Of a stretch of 64,000 nt of DNA, positions 9,386-20,555 are shown piece by piece. The stretch spans positions 14,403 through 78,402 of the forward strand of contig CALMKJ010000204.1 of the NCBI GenBank assembly GCA_937867305.1, in the 5' to 3' direction. Both the position numbers and the translations under genes were made by a program. The notes beneath the pieces were generated by a model. That model saw nothing but the letters and a program-made list of their open reading frames with translations, ran no database searches and was not told the DNA's origin. The DNA is from an uncultured Ectothiorhodospiraceae bacterium. Its GTDB lineage: Bacteria > Pseudomonadota > Gammaproteobacteria > JAABTG01. The first letter of the stretch is position 1, and each line of letters starts with the position of its first letter.

Positions 9386-10296
9386 GCCCCTGCTATCTGC
9401 GCTTCTGGGGAGTCCGCGGCTCCTATCCCGCGCCCTTCGCGACCCACATGCGCACAGGGGGCAACACCTCCTGCGTGGAGGTCCGCTGCGCCGACCACGT
9501 CCTGATCGTCGACGCGGGCACCGGGATCATCCCCCTCGGCGCGCGCCTCGTGGAGCAGGACGCCGTGCGCGAGGTGGCCATCCTGGTGACCCACTACCAC
9601 TGGGACCACATCTCGGGGCTGCCCTTCTTCGAGCCGGCGTTCACCCCCTCGTGGACCCTGCGCTTCTTCGGTCCGGGCAATACCGAGATGGAGGTGGCCG
9701 AGGCCCTGTCCGAGCAGATGCGCGCTCCCTATTTCCCCGTCGAGACCGAGACCTGGCTCGCCGACGTGCACTACCTGCACGCGAAGGACGGGACGATCGA
9801 GCACGGGCCGATCCGGGTGACCCCGTTCCACGTCCACCACCCCGGGACCACCTTCGGCTTCCGGATCGAGGTCGCCGGGCACACAGTGGTCTACGTCTCC
9901 GACAACGAACTGCTCTTCCTCGACGCGCCGATCGACCAGCGCCTGGAGGAGAGCGACCTGGACACCGGCGAGCACGAGTTGCTGGTCCAGATGAAGGAAG
10001 AGGCGAAGCGAGCGTCGCTGCAGCCCTTCCTCGACGCGGACATCCTGATCCACGACTCGCAGTACACGCGCGAGGACTACGCACGCAAGCGCGGCTGGGG
10101 ACACTCCTGCTACATCGACACCGTGAATTGCGCCATCGACGCGCGCGTGGGCCAGCTCTATCTCTACCACCTGGACCCGAGCTACCCGGACACGCAGGTC
10201 GACGCGCTGCACCGCGAGGCGCAGGAGATCATCCGCCGGCGGGGCTCCGCCCTGCGCTGCGAGGTCGCCCGCGAAGGGCTGGTGATCCCGCTCTAG
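9382..10296 (+). CDS. MBL-fold metallo-hydrolase
   Basis: MSPCYLRFWGVRGSYPAPFA...HVLIVDAGTG...ILVTHYHWDHISGLPFF is a HxHxDH-type beta-lactamase-fold motif. The ATG overlaps the stop of the upstream receiver (ATGA). Confidence 0.75.
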   Translation: MSPCYLRFWGVRGSYPAPFATHMRTGGNTSCVEVRCADHVLIVDAGTGIIPLGARLVEQDAVREVAILVTHYHWDHISGLPFFEPAFTPSWTLRFFGPGNTEMEVAEALSEQMRAPYFPVETETWLADVHYLHAKDGTIEHGPIRVTPFHVHHPGTTFGFRIEVAGHTVVYVSDNELLFLDAPIDQRLEESDLDTGEHELLVQMKEEAKRASLQPFLDADILIHDSQYTREDYARKRGWGHSCYIDTVNCAIDARVGQLYLYHLDPSYPDTQVDALHREAQEIIRRRGSALRCEVAREGLVIPL

Positions 10297-10314
10297 AAGC
10301 GCTCTCGCAGCGCT

Positions 10315-11130
10315 CTAGAAGAAAGTGCCCTCGATGGGGCTCGACGCGCTGGCGAAGCGCTTCTTCGGCATGCGACCGGCGAGGAACGCCTCCCGACCCG
10401 CTTCGATGGCCTTGCGCATGGCAGACGCCATCAGGATCGGGCTCTTCGCCGCCGCGATGGCGGTGTTCATCAGGACACCGTCACAGCCCAGCTCCATCGC
10501 GATGGCCGCGTCGGAGGCCGTGCCGACGCCCGCGTCCACCAGCACGGGGACCTTCGCGTTCTCGACGATGGTCAGGATGTTGTAGGGGTTACGGATCCCG
10601 AGCCCGGAGCCGATGGGCGCGGCGAGTGGCATCACCGCGACGCAGCCGAGTTCTTCGAAGCGCCGGGCCAGGATGGGGTCGTCGTTCGTGTAGACCATCA
10701 CCTGGAACCCCTCACGGACGAGGACCTCGGCCGCCGCCAGGGTCTGCACCACGTCGGGGAAGAGCGTCTTCGGGTCGCCCAGCACCTCGAGCTTGACCAG
10801 GCTGTGACCGTCGAGCAGCTCGCGCGCGAGCCGACAGGTGCGCACCGCCGTCTCCGCGTCGTAGCAGCCCGCGGTGTTCGGCAGGATCGTGTAGCGGTCC
10901 GGCGGCAGGACGTCGAGCAGGCTCGGCTCACCGGTGTTCTGGCCGATGTTCGTGCGCCGCACGGCCACCGTCACGATCTCCGCACCGCTCGCCTCCACGG
11001 CGAGACGGGTCTCCTCCAGGTCCCGGTACTTTCCCGTCCCGACCAGCAGGCGGGAGCGATAGGTGCGGCCCGCGACGACGAGGGGGTCCGCGGAGGGGTC
11101 GAGGGGGGAGGCAGCAGGTGTCGGGCTCAT
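10315..11130 (-). CDS. thiG: thiazole synthase
   Basis: [35 protein letters not shown]...[13 protein letters not shown]...[14 protein letters not shown] matches ThiG. The start is the internal ATG at 11130. Confidence 0.9.
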   Translation of the reverse strand: MSPTPAASPLDPSADPLVVAGRTYRSRLLVGTGKYRDLEETRLAVEASGAEIVTVAVRRTNIGQNTGEPSLLDVLPPDRYTILPNTAGCYDAETAVRTCRLARELLDGHSLVKLEVLGDPKTLFPDVVQTLAAAEVLVREGFQVMVYTNDDPILARRFEELGCVAVMPLAAPIGSGLGIRNPYNILTIVENAKVPVLVDAGVGTASDAAIAMELGCDGVLMNTAIAAAKSPILMASAMRKAIEAGREAFLAGRMPKKRFASASSPIEGTFF

Positions 11131-11220
11131 GGTCGGTCCGTCGCAGGCAGGGGGTGAGAGATAGGGTCGGAGGAAATGCACTCGGGGGAGATGGGCTCGG
11201 AGGACATGGGCGTGAGGACA

Positions 11221-11421
11221 TCAGCCACCGCCGATGGCGTGCACGATCTCCACGCGGTCGCCGGCGAGCAGCGCTCGCCGCTCGTGCTCGCCGCGGGGAA
11301 CGATCTCCCCGTTCACCTCGACGGCCACCCGGCGCCCGCCGAAGTCCAGCGTGCCCAGGAGCTCAGCAACCGTCGCACCTTGGCGGAGCGTGACCGGCGT
11401 GCCGTTCAGCATCAACTCCAT
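11221..11421 (-). CDS. thiS: sulfur carrier protein ThiS
   Basis: 66 aa, MELMLNGTPVTL...VEIVHAIGGG, with the C-terminal GG of the ThiS/MoaD fold. It lies directly upstream of thiG. Confidence 0.85.
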   Translation of the reverse strand: MELMLNGTPVTLRQGATVAELLGTLDFGGRRVAVEVNGEIVPRGEHERRALLAGDRVEIVHAIGGG

Positions 11422-11477
11422 GGGATCAGCCTACGGAGCGCCCCCCCGGCGGTCAACCTCGAGCGGGGCTCACGCGC

Positions 11478-11975
11478 TCACTCGATGCGCAACACCAGCT
11501 CGTAGCTCGTGGGAGCGCGCACGCTCGACTTCTCGATGACGAAATCGGTCTCCCCCTCGCGCCAGCGTCCGGGGCGCGCGGAGAGGATGGCCTTGGCGAC
11601 CACCTCCGGCAGGTCCTGCCCGGTCGCCGCGCGGGCGAGTGTCTTCGCGTGCTCGAGGAACAGCCGGTGCGCCCGTTGGACCTCGCTCCCCGAAACCACC
11701 TGCAGCTCCAGCACCAGGGCGGAGACCGCTTCGGCGGTCCCCTCGGCCGTGTAGCGCACCCGGTGCCGAACGGGGTCACCGGCCGCCAGGTCCCGCCTGA
11801 GGCTCCAGCAATAGAACCGCCCCTCCCGGAACGGACGGTAGTCGTTCGCGGTGGGGAGACCCGCCTCCGCCAGATAGGAACAGGCCACCTCGGGCGCCAG
11901 GGCGAGACCTGCGCCCAGCACCGGGGTCGTCACCGCCACCAGGCAGAGACCCCTCATCAGCAGTCGTCGAAGCAC
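11478..11975 (-). CDS. hypothetical exported protein
   Basis: MLRRLLMRGLCLVAVTTPVLGAGLALA signal-like N-terminus. I recognise no family. It lies upstream of and co-directional with thiS-thiG. Confidence 0.4.
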   Translation of the reverse strand: MLRRLLMRGLCLVAVTTPVLGAGLALAPEVACSYLAEAGLPTANDYRPFREGRFYCWSLRRDLAAGDPVRHRVRYTAEGTAEAVSALVLELQVVSGSEVQRAHRLFLEHAKTLARAATGQDLPEVVAKAILSARPGRWREGETDFVIEKSSVRAPTSYELVLRIE

Positions 11976-12136
11976 GGCGCACCTCCACGGTCCGGGGCCG
12001 ACCCCCCGGCAGTGGAGGCCAGTGTACCGGGGCAGCGTGCCGGGAGACCACCGCCAGGGAGACGGTTCTCGTCCCCAGGGACCAGGACGTTCTGGTATCC
12101 CGGCAAACGGTTGGCTAGACTATCCACTCACCCGAG

Positions 12137-12210
12137 GCGGGTGTGGTTCAATGGTAGAACCTCAGCTTCCCAAGCTGATGACGTGGGTTCGATTCCCATC
12201 ACCCGCTCCA
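12137..12210 (+). tRNA. tRNA-Gly (anticodon CCC)
   Basis: GCGGGTGTGGTTCAATGGTAGAACCTCAGCTTCCCAAGCTGATGACGTGGGTTCGATTCCCATCACCCGCTCCA forms a cloverleaf with acceptor GCGGGTG/CACCCGC, anticodon loop TTCCCAA, T-loop GGTTCGATTCC and an encoded CCA. Confidence 0.9.
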
Positions 12211-12230
12211 ACTTCCCTCCTTCCACCGCC

Positions 12231-13244
12231 GTGCTCGCCCTCCTGGGGAGCCTGGTGCCCCTTTGCGCCTCCGGGCTCGAGGTCACCGACCCGGGGCAGG
12301 GCCCCGTCACGCTGCCCGCCGGGTCCGCGGGGGCTCGGGAGCTGAGCGGGGTCACCTGGGCCGGCGGGGAACGCTATCTGGCGGTCAGCGACCAGGACGC
12401 CGCCCTGTACCAGCTGAGCGTGCGGTTGGACCGCCAGGCGGGGACCGTACTCGGGGCCGAGGTCACGGGAAAGGTCGCCCTCGGCCAGGGCACGGACCTG
12501 GAGGCCATCGCCCAGGCCCCCGACGGCACCGTCTACGCGAGCGACGAGGTGGGACCCGCGGTCCGCCGGTACGACGCCGGGACAGGCCAGGCGCGCGGGT
12601 TGGTTCGGGTGCCCCCGGTCTACGCGGGGGCCCGCAGGAACCTCAGCCTCGAGTCCCTCGCCCTGTCCCCCGACGCCCGCACCCTGTGGACGGCGAACGA
12701 AGAGGCCCTGAAGGGCGACGGGGCGACCAACCGCGGGGCGCACGGCCAGGGCACGCCCGTGCGGCTGCAGCGCCTGCGCGGTGACGGGCGGGGCGGCTGG
12801 AGGCCGGACGGACAGTGGGCATACCGGGTCGACGGCGCGGCGCCCTTCTTCGGTCGGGCCCCGAGCGGGCTCGTGGACCTCGCGGTCCTCCCGGACGGCA
12901 CGCTGCTCGCGCTCGAGCGCGCGGCCGGCATCGTCGGGATGGGTGGCGAGCTGCCGAGCGCCCAGGTCGGCTTTCGCAGCCGCCTGTACGCCGTGGACCT
13001 GCGGGGGGCCATGGATACCTCGCGCCTCGCCGGCCTTCCCGCGAGCGTGGCGGCGGTGGGCAAGACCCTGCTCTGGGAGGCCACGTTCCCGGGGCTCAAT
13101 TTCGAGGGGATCGCCCTCGGTCCACCGGTCGGCGCCGGCGAGCGCAGCCTGCTGCTGGTGTCGGACGACGGGAACGGACTCGGGCAGGCCCTCTACGCGC
13201 TGCGGGTCCAGACCGGTGCCCGGGCCGCGGACAGGGCTCGTTGA
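12231..13244 (+). CDS. esterase-like activity of phytase family (beta-propeller-like) secreted protein
   Basis: GTG-start ORF immediately after tRNA-Gly: VLALLGSLVPLCASG...WAGGERYLAVSDQ...LEAIAQAPDGTVYASDE...LESLALSPDARTLWTANEEA...LVSDDGNG is the pattern of PF13449-type proteins. The family call rests on motif recall only. Confidence 0.45.
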   Translation: MLALLGSLVPLCASGLEVTDPGQGPVTLPAGSAGARELSGVTWAGGERYLAVSDQDAALYQLSVRLDRQAGTVLGAEVTGKVALGQGTDLEAIAQAPDGTVYASDEVGPAVRRYDAGTGQARGLVRVPPVYAGARRNLSLESLALSPDARTLWTANEEALKGDGATNRGAHGQGTPVRLQRLRGDGRGGWRPDGQWAYRVDGAAPFFGRAPSGLVDLAVLPDGTLLALERAAGIVGMGGELPSAQVGFRSRLYAVDLRGAMDTSRLAGLPASVAAVGKTLLWEATFPGLNFEGIALGPPVGAGERSLLLVSDDGNGLGQALYALRVQTGARAADRAR

Positions 13245-13246
13245 AG

Positions 13247-13261
13247 GCCCCGTCGCGGGGC
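13247..13261. terminator. GC hairpin between the convergent phytase-like gene and the membrane protein gene
   Basis: GCCCCG-tcg-CGGGGC 3 nt after the stop at 13242-13244; more inverted repeats follow (GGCATCCC...GGGATGCC). Confidence 0.3.
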
Positions 13262-13318
13262 ACGGCATCCCCATCGCATCGCGCACGGCATGGGATGCCC
13301 GCCGGCAGCGCAGCGCCC

Positions 13319-14065
13319 TCAGGGCGCCGAGGACGGTTCCGTGCCCTGCGGCTGCACCATCATCTCCTCGAGCTCCAGGCCGGTCAGCCGCCCCAGACCC
13401 GCGAACAGCAGCCAGAGCGCGGCGAAGGTGATGGCGAGCGTCGGCAGGGCGATGACCGGATAGCTGAGCAGCGTCATCCTGCCCAACTCGGCGTTGAAGG
13501 CATCCGTCCCCGCGGGGCTCACCACGATCCACTTGGCCAGGGCGTAGTTGAGAACCGCGCTCAGCCCGAACGACAGGGCAAAGAGTCCGTTCGCCTGCCG
13601 CACCAGGCGCTCGAAGGCGGGCTGGGCATGACGCTCCGCGACACGCGCCTCGATCCGCTCCAGGTCGAAGAACTCCTCGCGCAGCAGGAGCATCCGCACC
13701 AGCGGCCGGCGCGTCCACTGGGAGCCCAGGACGGCCAGGGCAAGCAGGCCCGGCACCGTCGCCTCCTTCACCGCGACCCATTGCGGCGGCAGGTTCAGCA
13801 GTCCGATCCCGCCGGTCATCAGGACACCCACGAGGCCGAGGGCGGACCAGAAGTTCCACCGGCGCCGGCGAGCCAGGTCGTAGAGCCCGTAAGAGAGAGG
13901 GAGGGAGAGGGCCGCGAGGAACACCAGGAGCGTCAGCCCCTGCTCGCTTCCACCCCAGTGCCCGCGCAGCCAGTCCTTGCCCTGCATGAGCACGAGCGCA
14001 GGCAGCACGACGTTGAAGCCGAGGTTGACCCAGGGGTTCTCACGTGTTGGGCGGGAGGCATTCAT
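13319..14065 (-). CDS. hypothetical polytopic inner-membrane protein
   Basis: 248 aa with about 6 hydrophobic helices (VVLPALVLM, LLVFLAALSLPL, ALGLVGVLMTGGIGLL, LFALSFGLSAVL, ALPTLAITFAALWLLFAGL). Confidence 0.5.
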   Translation of the reverse strand: MNASRPTRENPWVNLGFNVVLPALVLMQGKDWLRGHWGGSEQGLTLLVFLAALSLPLSYGLYDLARRRRWNFWSALGLVGVLMTGGIGLLNLPPQWVAVKEATVPGLLALAVLGSQWTRRPLVRMLLLREEFFDLERIEARVAERHAQPAFERLVRQANGLFALSFGLSAVLNYALAKWIVVSPAGTDAFNAELGRMTLLSYPVIALPTLAITFAALWLLFAGLGRLTGLELEEMMVQPQGTEPSSAP

Positions 14066-14122
14066 CCGCGCAGCCTACCGCGCCCTTCCCTGGGCGCCGA
14101 CGGTCAGTTCTTCATCTCTCAA

Positions 14123-14196
14123 TGGGCCCGGCAGGATTCGAACCTGCGACCAAGGGATTATGAGTCCCCCGCTCTGACCGGCTGAGCTACAGGCCC
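14123..14196 (-). tRNA. ileX: tRNA with CAU anticodon, probably tRNA-Ile2 (lysidine; ileX-like), alternatively elongator tRNA-Met
   Basis: On minus strand GGGCCTGTAGCTCAGCCGGTCAGAGCGGGGGACTCATAATCCCTTGGTCGCAGGTTCGAATCCTGCCGGGCCCA. The variable/T region CTTGGTCGC-GGTTC resembles E. coli ileX, and its position immediately 3' of rpoD matches E. coli ileX. No CCA is encoded. Confidence 0.8.
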
Positions 14197-16041
<1,845 letters not shown>

Positions 16042-16118
16042 AAGGGGATGAATGGGAATCGGGTTACCAAAACGTAGTCGTCAACTATAGCACGAGGCGC
16101 TAATATTCGCCATTTCGC
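16042..16118 (-). promoter_or_regulatory. dnaG-rpoD intergenic region (internal rpoD promoter region)
   Basis: 77-bp gap of locally low GC (TTACCAAAACGTAGTCGTCAACTATAGCACGAGGCGCTAATATTCGCCATTTCGC) directly upstream of rpoD. Assignment by position only. Confidence 0.3.
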
Positions 16119-17891
16119 TCAACCGCTCCTTCCCCCCTGACCGCCGAGACGCACGCAAAGTTCCGCGTACTCGCGCGTCTCCGCCTCCGAGAGCTGCCCC
16201 GCCCGGGCCCGTGCGGCCAGGGCCTGGAAGCGCTGCTGGGGTCCCTTGTGCGCAATCCGCTCCAGCGCGTCGCGGAACTCCTGGACCAGGTCGGCCTCCG
16301 GCAGGGCCGGGTCCTCCACGGCCGCGAGCTTTCCCAGGTGGCGCCCCGTCTCGCTCTCCCGGAAATGCTCCAGGACGCCCGCCATGCTGAGGTCGGGCCG
16401 CGCCCGCAGCAGCTCGATCATCTCGCTGAGCACCCCCACCCCCGGCACGCCGGCGCCGCCGAGAGGGGGCAGCTCACCCGCCCGGGCGACGATCTCCGGG
16501 TGGTGAAGCAGCAGGGTGACCGTGCGCCGCATCAGGGAGGGGGCCTGGCGCACGGGCGCCACGGGGGCTGGCCGGGGGGGCACCCGCGCGTGGCCAGCGG
16601 GGTCGAGGACGGGGGCCAGCTCGCCGGGCTCGAGACGGCTCAGCTCCGCCAGGCGCATCTCCACCATCTGCCGGAACGCCCCCTGGGGAATCCGCGTAAC
16701 GAATGGGCGCGCCAGGTCCACCAGGCGCGCCCGCCCGTCCAGCGTGCCCAGCTCGACCTGGGCCACCAGGTGGTCGAAGAGAAAGCTCGAGAGGGGCGTG
16801 CCCCGGGCCAGCTCCGCACGGAACCCCTCAGGCCCGACGCGGCGCACCCGCGTGTCGGGGTCTTCCCCTTCGGGCAGGAACACGAAGCTCGCCTGGCGCC
16901 CCTCGCGCAGGAGCGGCAGCGAGGTCTCGAGCGCGCGCCAGGCCGCCTTGCGGCCCGCCGCGTCGCCATCGAAACAGAAGACGACACGGGACGCGACGCG
17001 GAAGATCTGCTCCAGGTGCTGGGCCGTGGCGGCGGTGCCGAGCGTGGCCACGGTGCTGGTGAAGCCGGCCTGGACGAGGGCCAGCACGTCCATGTAGCCC
17101 TCCACGACGACCACCGAGTCGAGCTCCCGGCTCACGCGCTGGGCCTGGTAGAGCCCGTAGAGCTCACGGCCCTTGTGGAAGACCGGGGTCTCCGGGGAAT
17201 TCAGATACTTCGGCTTGCTGTCGTCCAGCACTCGCCCGCCGAAGCCGACGGTGCGCCCGCGGCGGTCCAGGATGGGGTACATCACCCGGTCGCGGAAGCG
17301 GTCGTAGGGGCGCCCACCGCTGCGGGCAATCGCCAGGCCGGCCTGCACGAGGTCCTCGCGGGTCTTCTCGTCGCCGCCGAGGGCACCCACCAGGCCGTCC
17401 CACCCCGGCGGGGCATACCCGAGCTGGAAGGCATCGAGCGTGGCGGCGTCGAGGCCGCGGCCCCGCAGGTACTCCTGCGCCCTGCGCGCCTGGGGGTGCT
17501 CGTGCAGCTGGCGCTGGAAGTACTGCCGGGCCCGGTCGAGCAGGCCGTAGAGGGGGGCAAGCCCGGCCTCGGCCGGACGGGCCGCTCCGCCCTCCTCCGG
17601 GACCGGCACCCCGGCCCGCTGGGCGAGGGCCCGCACCGCCTCCGGAAAGTCCATGCGGGCGTACTGCATCAGGAAGCCGATGGCGGTCCCGTGGGCGCCG
17701 CAGCCGAAGCAGTGGTAGAACTGCTTGCGCGGGCTGACGGTGAACGACGGGCTCTTCTCGTCGTGGAAGGGGCAGCGGGCCTGGTAGTCGTGTCCGGCCC
17801 GCTTCAGGGGAACGGACTCGCCGATCAGCTCGACGATGTCGACCCGGGCCAGAAGGTCGTCGACGAAGGCTTGGGGGATGCGACCGGCCAT
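16119..17891 (-). CDS. dnaG: DNA primase
   Basis: MAGRIPQAFVDDLLARVDIVELIGESVPLKRAGHDYQARCPFHDEKSPSFTVSPRKQFYHCFGCGAHG (zinc-binding domain), a TOPRIM domain (VVVEGYMDVLAL, FDGDAAGRKAA) and a C-terminal DnaB-interaction domain. Confidence 0.95.
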   Translation of the reverse strand: MAGRIPQAFVDDLLARVDIVELIGESVPLKRAGHDYQARCPFHDEKSPSFTVSPRKQFYHCFGCGAHGTAIGFLMQYARMDFPEAVRALAQRAGVPVPEEGGAARPAEAGLAPLYGLLDRARQYFQRQLHEHPQARRAQEYLRGRGLDAATLDAFQLGYAPPGWDGLVGALGGDEKTREDLVQAGLAIARSGGRPYDRFRDRVMYPILDRRGRTVGFGGRVLDDSKPKYLNSPETPVFHKGRELYGLYQAQRVSRELDSVVVVEGYMDVLALVQAGFTSTVATLGTAATAQHLEQIFRVASRVVFCFDGDAAGRKAAWRALETSLPLLREGRQASFVFLPEGEDPDTRVRRVGPEGFRAELARGTPLSSFLFDHLVAQVELGTLDGRARLVDLARPFVTRIPQGAFRQMVEMRLAELSRLEPGELAPVLDPAGHARVPPRPAPVAPVRQAPSLMRRTVTLLLHHPEIVARAGELPPLGGAGVPGVGVLSEMIELLRARPDLSMAGVLEHFRESETGRHLGKLAAVEDPALPEADLVQEFRDALERIAHKGPQQRFQALAARARAGQLSEAETREYAELCVRLGGQGGRSG

Positions 17892-17925
17892 CGTTCGCCC
17901 GACGGCATCACGCCGTCCCGCGCCG

Positions 17926-18378
17926 CTAGCCGAGCCGGGCGAGGCGCTCCTTCACTCGGGCACTGACCACGCCCATGTCGGCGCGGCCCTCGACGAGCTC
18001 CTTCATCCGCGCCATCACCTTGCCCATGTCCCGGGCGGAGGTCGCCCCGACCTCGGCCACGCACCGCGCGACGAGGGCATCGACCTCCTCGACGCCGAGG
18101 GCCTGGGGCAGGAACCCCTCGATCAGCGCGATCTCGAACGCCTCCTGGTCGGCCAGGTCGTCGCGGCCGCCGGCACGGAACTGGGTGAGGGAGTCCTGGC
18201 GCTGCTTCAACATCTTGCGCAGCACGGCCACCACCTGGGAGTCGTCGAGCTCGATGCGCTCGTCCACCTCCCGCTGCTTGATGGCGGCACTCACGAGACG
18301 CAAGGCCCCCAGCCGGCGCTTGTCCTGCGCCCGCATGGCGGCCTTCACGTCTTCCTGGATCCGCGCCTTGAGGCTCAT
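17926..18378 (-). CDS. yqeY: GatB/YqeY domain protein
   Basis: MSLKARIQEDVKAAMRAQDKRRLGALRLVSAAIKQREVDERIELDDSQVVAVLRKMLKQRQDS matches YqeY; it sits in the typical rpsU-yqeY-dnaG position. Confidence 0.8.
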   Translation of the reverse strand: MSLKARIQEDVKAAMRAQDKRRLGALRLVSAAIKQREVDERIELDDSQVVAVLRKMLKQRQDSLTQFRAGGRDDLADQEAFEIALIEGFLPQALGVEEVDALVARCVAEVGATSARDMGKVMARMKELVEGRADMGVVSARVKERLARLG

Positions 18379-18400
18379 GGGCGGCGGGGCCCCGAGAGGC

Positions 18401-18625
18401 TCAGGCCCGGGGGCTCGCAGTCCGCATGCCCAGCATGCCGCGCTGCCGGCGCTTCTGATGGCGCTTTACGGCGGCGGCCATCTTGCGCTTGCGCACCGAG
18501 GTCGGCTTTTCGTAGAACTCGCGGCGCCGGATCTCCGTGAGGATCCCCGCCTTCTCGCAGGAGCGCTTGAAGCGGCGCAGGGCGAAATCGAAAGGCTCGT
18601 TCTCTCGGACGCGGACAGTCGGCAT
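18401..18625 (-). CDS. rpsU: 30S ribosomal protein S21
   Basis: [48 protein letters not shown] is nearly identical to E. coli S21. The ORF-track 5' extension to 18904 is an artefact. Confidence 0.93.
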   Translation of the reverse strand: MPTVRVRENEPFDFALRRFKRSCEKAGILTEIRRREFYEKPTSVRKRKMAAAVKRHQKRRQRGMLGMRTASPRA

Positions 18626-18723
18626 ACTCGGTTGCTCTGGGCCGTGCTGGAGGCCGTTGCGTGGATGGAAGCGGTGAATTGTAGGTTCCGGAGCAGGCGC
18701 TGTAAAGCCGGGGGGAGAAACGG

Positions 18724-19767
18724 GTGCGGGTAGTCGGGATCGAGACCTCCTGTGACGAGACCGGGGTGGCCGTGTACGACGGGGAGCGGGGCCTGCTCGC
18801 GCACGCGATCCACAGCCAGGTCGAGCTGCACGCCCGATTCGGGGGCGTGGTCCCCGAGCTGGCCTCCCGGGACCACATCCGCCGGCTCGCCCCCCTCCTC
18901 GCACAGGTGCTCGAGGAGGCGGGGACCGGCCGGGGCGACCTCGACGGGGTCGCCTACACCGCGGGACCGGGCCTGATCGGGGCGCTGCTGGTCGGCGTGG
19001 CCTTCGCCCGCAGCCTGGCCTGGGCCTGGTCGCTGCCGGCCGTGCCCGTGCACCACATGGAGGCGCACCTCCTCGCCCCCATGCTGGAGCCCGACCCGCC
19101 GGCCTTCCCCTTCGTCGCCCTCCTCGTCTCCGGCGGCCACACCCTGCTGGTCGAGGTCACCGCCGTCGGCGCCTACCGCCTGCTCGGGGAGTCCGTGGAC
19201 GACGCCGCGGGCGAGGCCTTCGACAAGACCGCCAAGCTCCTCGGTCTCGGCTACCCCGGGGGCCCCGCGCTGGCCCGGCTGGCGGAGCAGGGGCGCCCCG
19301 GCCGCTTCGAGTTTCCCCGGCCGATGACCGCCCGCCCCGGCCTGGACTTCAGTTTCAGCGGGTTGAAGACCGCCGCGCTGCTCGCCCTGCGAGAAGCGGG
19401 CGGCGACGAGGGCGCGCGGGCCGACATCGCCCGCGCCTTCGAGGACGCGGTGGTGGAGACCCTGGTGATCAAATGCCGCCGGGCCCTGGCCCATACCGGG
19501 CACCGGCGGCTCGTGATTGCCGGCGGGGTGGGCGCCAACCGCAGGCTGCGCGAGGCGCTGCTCCAGCTCGGCGAAGCGGTCGGCGCGCGCGTGCACTACC
19601 CGCGCCCGGAGCTCTGCACCGACAACGGGGCGATGGTGGCCTTCGCCGGCTACCAGCGTCTGCGCGCCGGCGAGCGGGCCGGTCTCGGCTTCGCTGCGCG
19701 CCCGCGCTGGGCGATGGACTCCCTCGCCCGCGCCCCCGGCAGTCCGGCGGAGTCGGGGTCAGACTGA
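18724..19767 (+). CDS. tsaD: tRNA N6-adenosine threonylcarbamoyltransferase
   Basis: [19 protein letters not shown]...[13 protein letters not shown]...LLVSGGHT... is the Kae1/TsaD(YgjD) signature, divergent from rpsU as in E. coli. Confidence 0.93.
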   Translation: MRVVGIETSCDETGVAVYDGERGLLAHAIHSQVELHARFGGVVPELASRDHIRRLAPLLAQVLEEAGTGRGDLDGVAYTAGPGLIGALLVGVAFARSLAWAWSLPAVPVHHMEAHLLAPMLEPDPPAFPFVALLVSGGHTLLVEVTAVGAYRLLGESVDDAAGEAFDKTAKLLGLGYPGGPALARLAEQGRPGRFEFPRPMTARPGLDFSFSGLKTAALLALREAGGDEGARADIARAFEDAVVETLVIKCRRALAHTGHRRLVIAGGVGANRRLREALLQLGEAVGARVHYPRPELCTDNGAMVAFAGYQRLRAGERAGLGFAARPRWAMDSLARAPGSPAESGSD

Positions 19768-19843
19768 ATCGAGGTCTCACCGGGGCGGGTCGGTCGGAGC
19801 CGGCACCGGGCCGAGTCGGGGCCCGGTCGGGTGGGGGCCGGGG

Positions 19844-20443
19844 TCAGGCGGAGGGCCGGCTCGCGCCGATCTTCGGCTCCTCGCCGGCGAGCAGCCGGCG
19901 GATGTTGGCCCGGTGCCGCCAGAGCAGCACCAGGGTCATGGCCCCCACCGCCGCCACCAGCACACCCTCGCGGGTGAACCAGGCGGTGTAGACGGGGGCG
20001 AAAAGGACGGCCCCGAGGGCCGCGAGGGAGGAGTAGCGGAAGGCGACCGCGAGGGCGAGCCAGGTCGCCGCGGTTGCCACGCCGATGGGCCAGGCGAGGC
20101 CCAGGAGGACGCCGAGGGTGGTGGCCACCCCCTTGCCCCCTTTGAAATCGAAGAACACCGGAAACAGGTGCCCCAGGAAGGCGGCGAGTCCCGCCGCACC
20201 GAGGACCGCGGGCGCGACGCCGAGCCAGTGGCCGGCGAGCACCGGGAGGTATCCCTTCAGCCCGTCCCCGAGCAGGGTGACCACCGCGGCGGCCTTCCCT
20301 CCGTAGCGGAGAACGTTCGTCGCCCCGGGGTTCCCCGAGCCCGTCGTCCGGGGGTCCGGCAGTCCGAGGACGCGCGTGGTGAGCACCGCGCTCGAGACGG
20401 ACCCGAGGAGGTAGGCGGCCACGACCAGGAGGATTGCCTGCAT
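19844..20443 (-). CDS. plsY: glycerol-3-phosphate acyltransferase PlsY
   Basis: MQAILLVVAAYLLGSVSSAVLTTRVLGLPDPRTTGSGNPGATNVLRYGGK...FKGGKGVAT matches PlsY. The start is the internal ATG at 20443. Confidence 0.9.
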   Translation of the reverse strand: MQAILLVVAAYLLGSVSSAVLTTRVLGLPDPRTTGSGNPGATNVLRYGGKAAAVVTLLGDGLKGYLPVLAGHWLGVAPAVLGAAGLAAFLGHLFPVFFDFKGGKGVATTLGVLLGLAWPIGVATAATWLALAVAFRYSSLAALGAVLFAPVYTAWFTREGVLVAAVGAMTLVLLWRHRANIRRLLAGEEPKIGASRPSA

Positions 20444-20555
20444 CACAGGCGCATTGTTCGGGCGAGGAGCCGACAGGTCAATACGGGCGCGCGCGGCCCC
20501 GGCGCTTGTTTTACCATGGCCCCAGGGAACGTCACGCCTGCGCCCGGCACGGACC

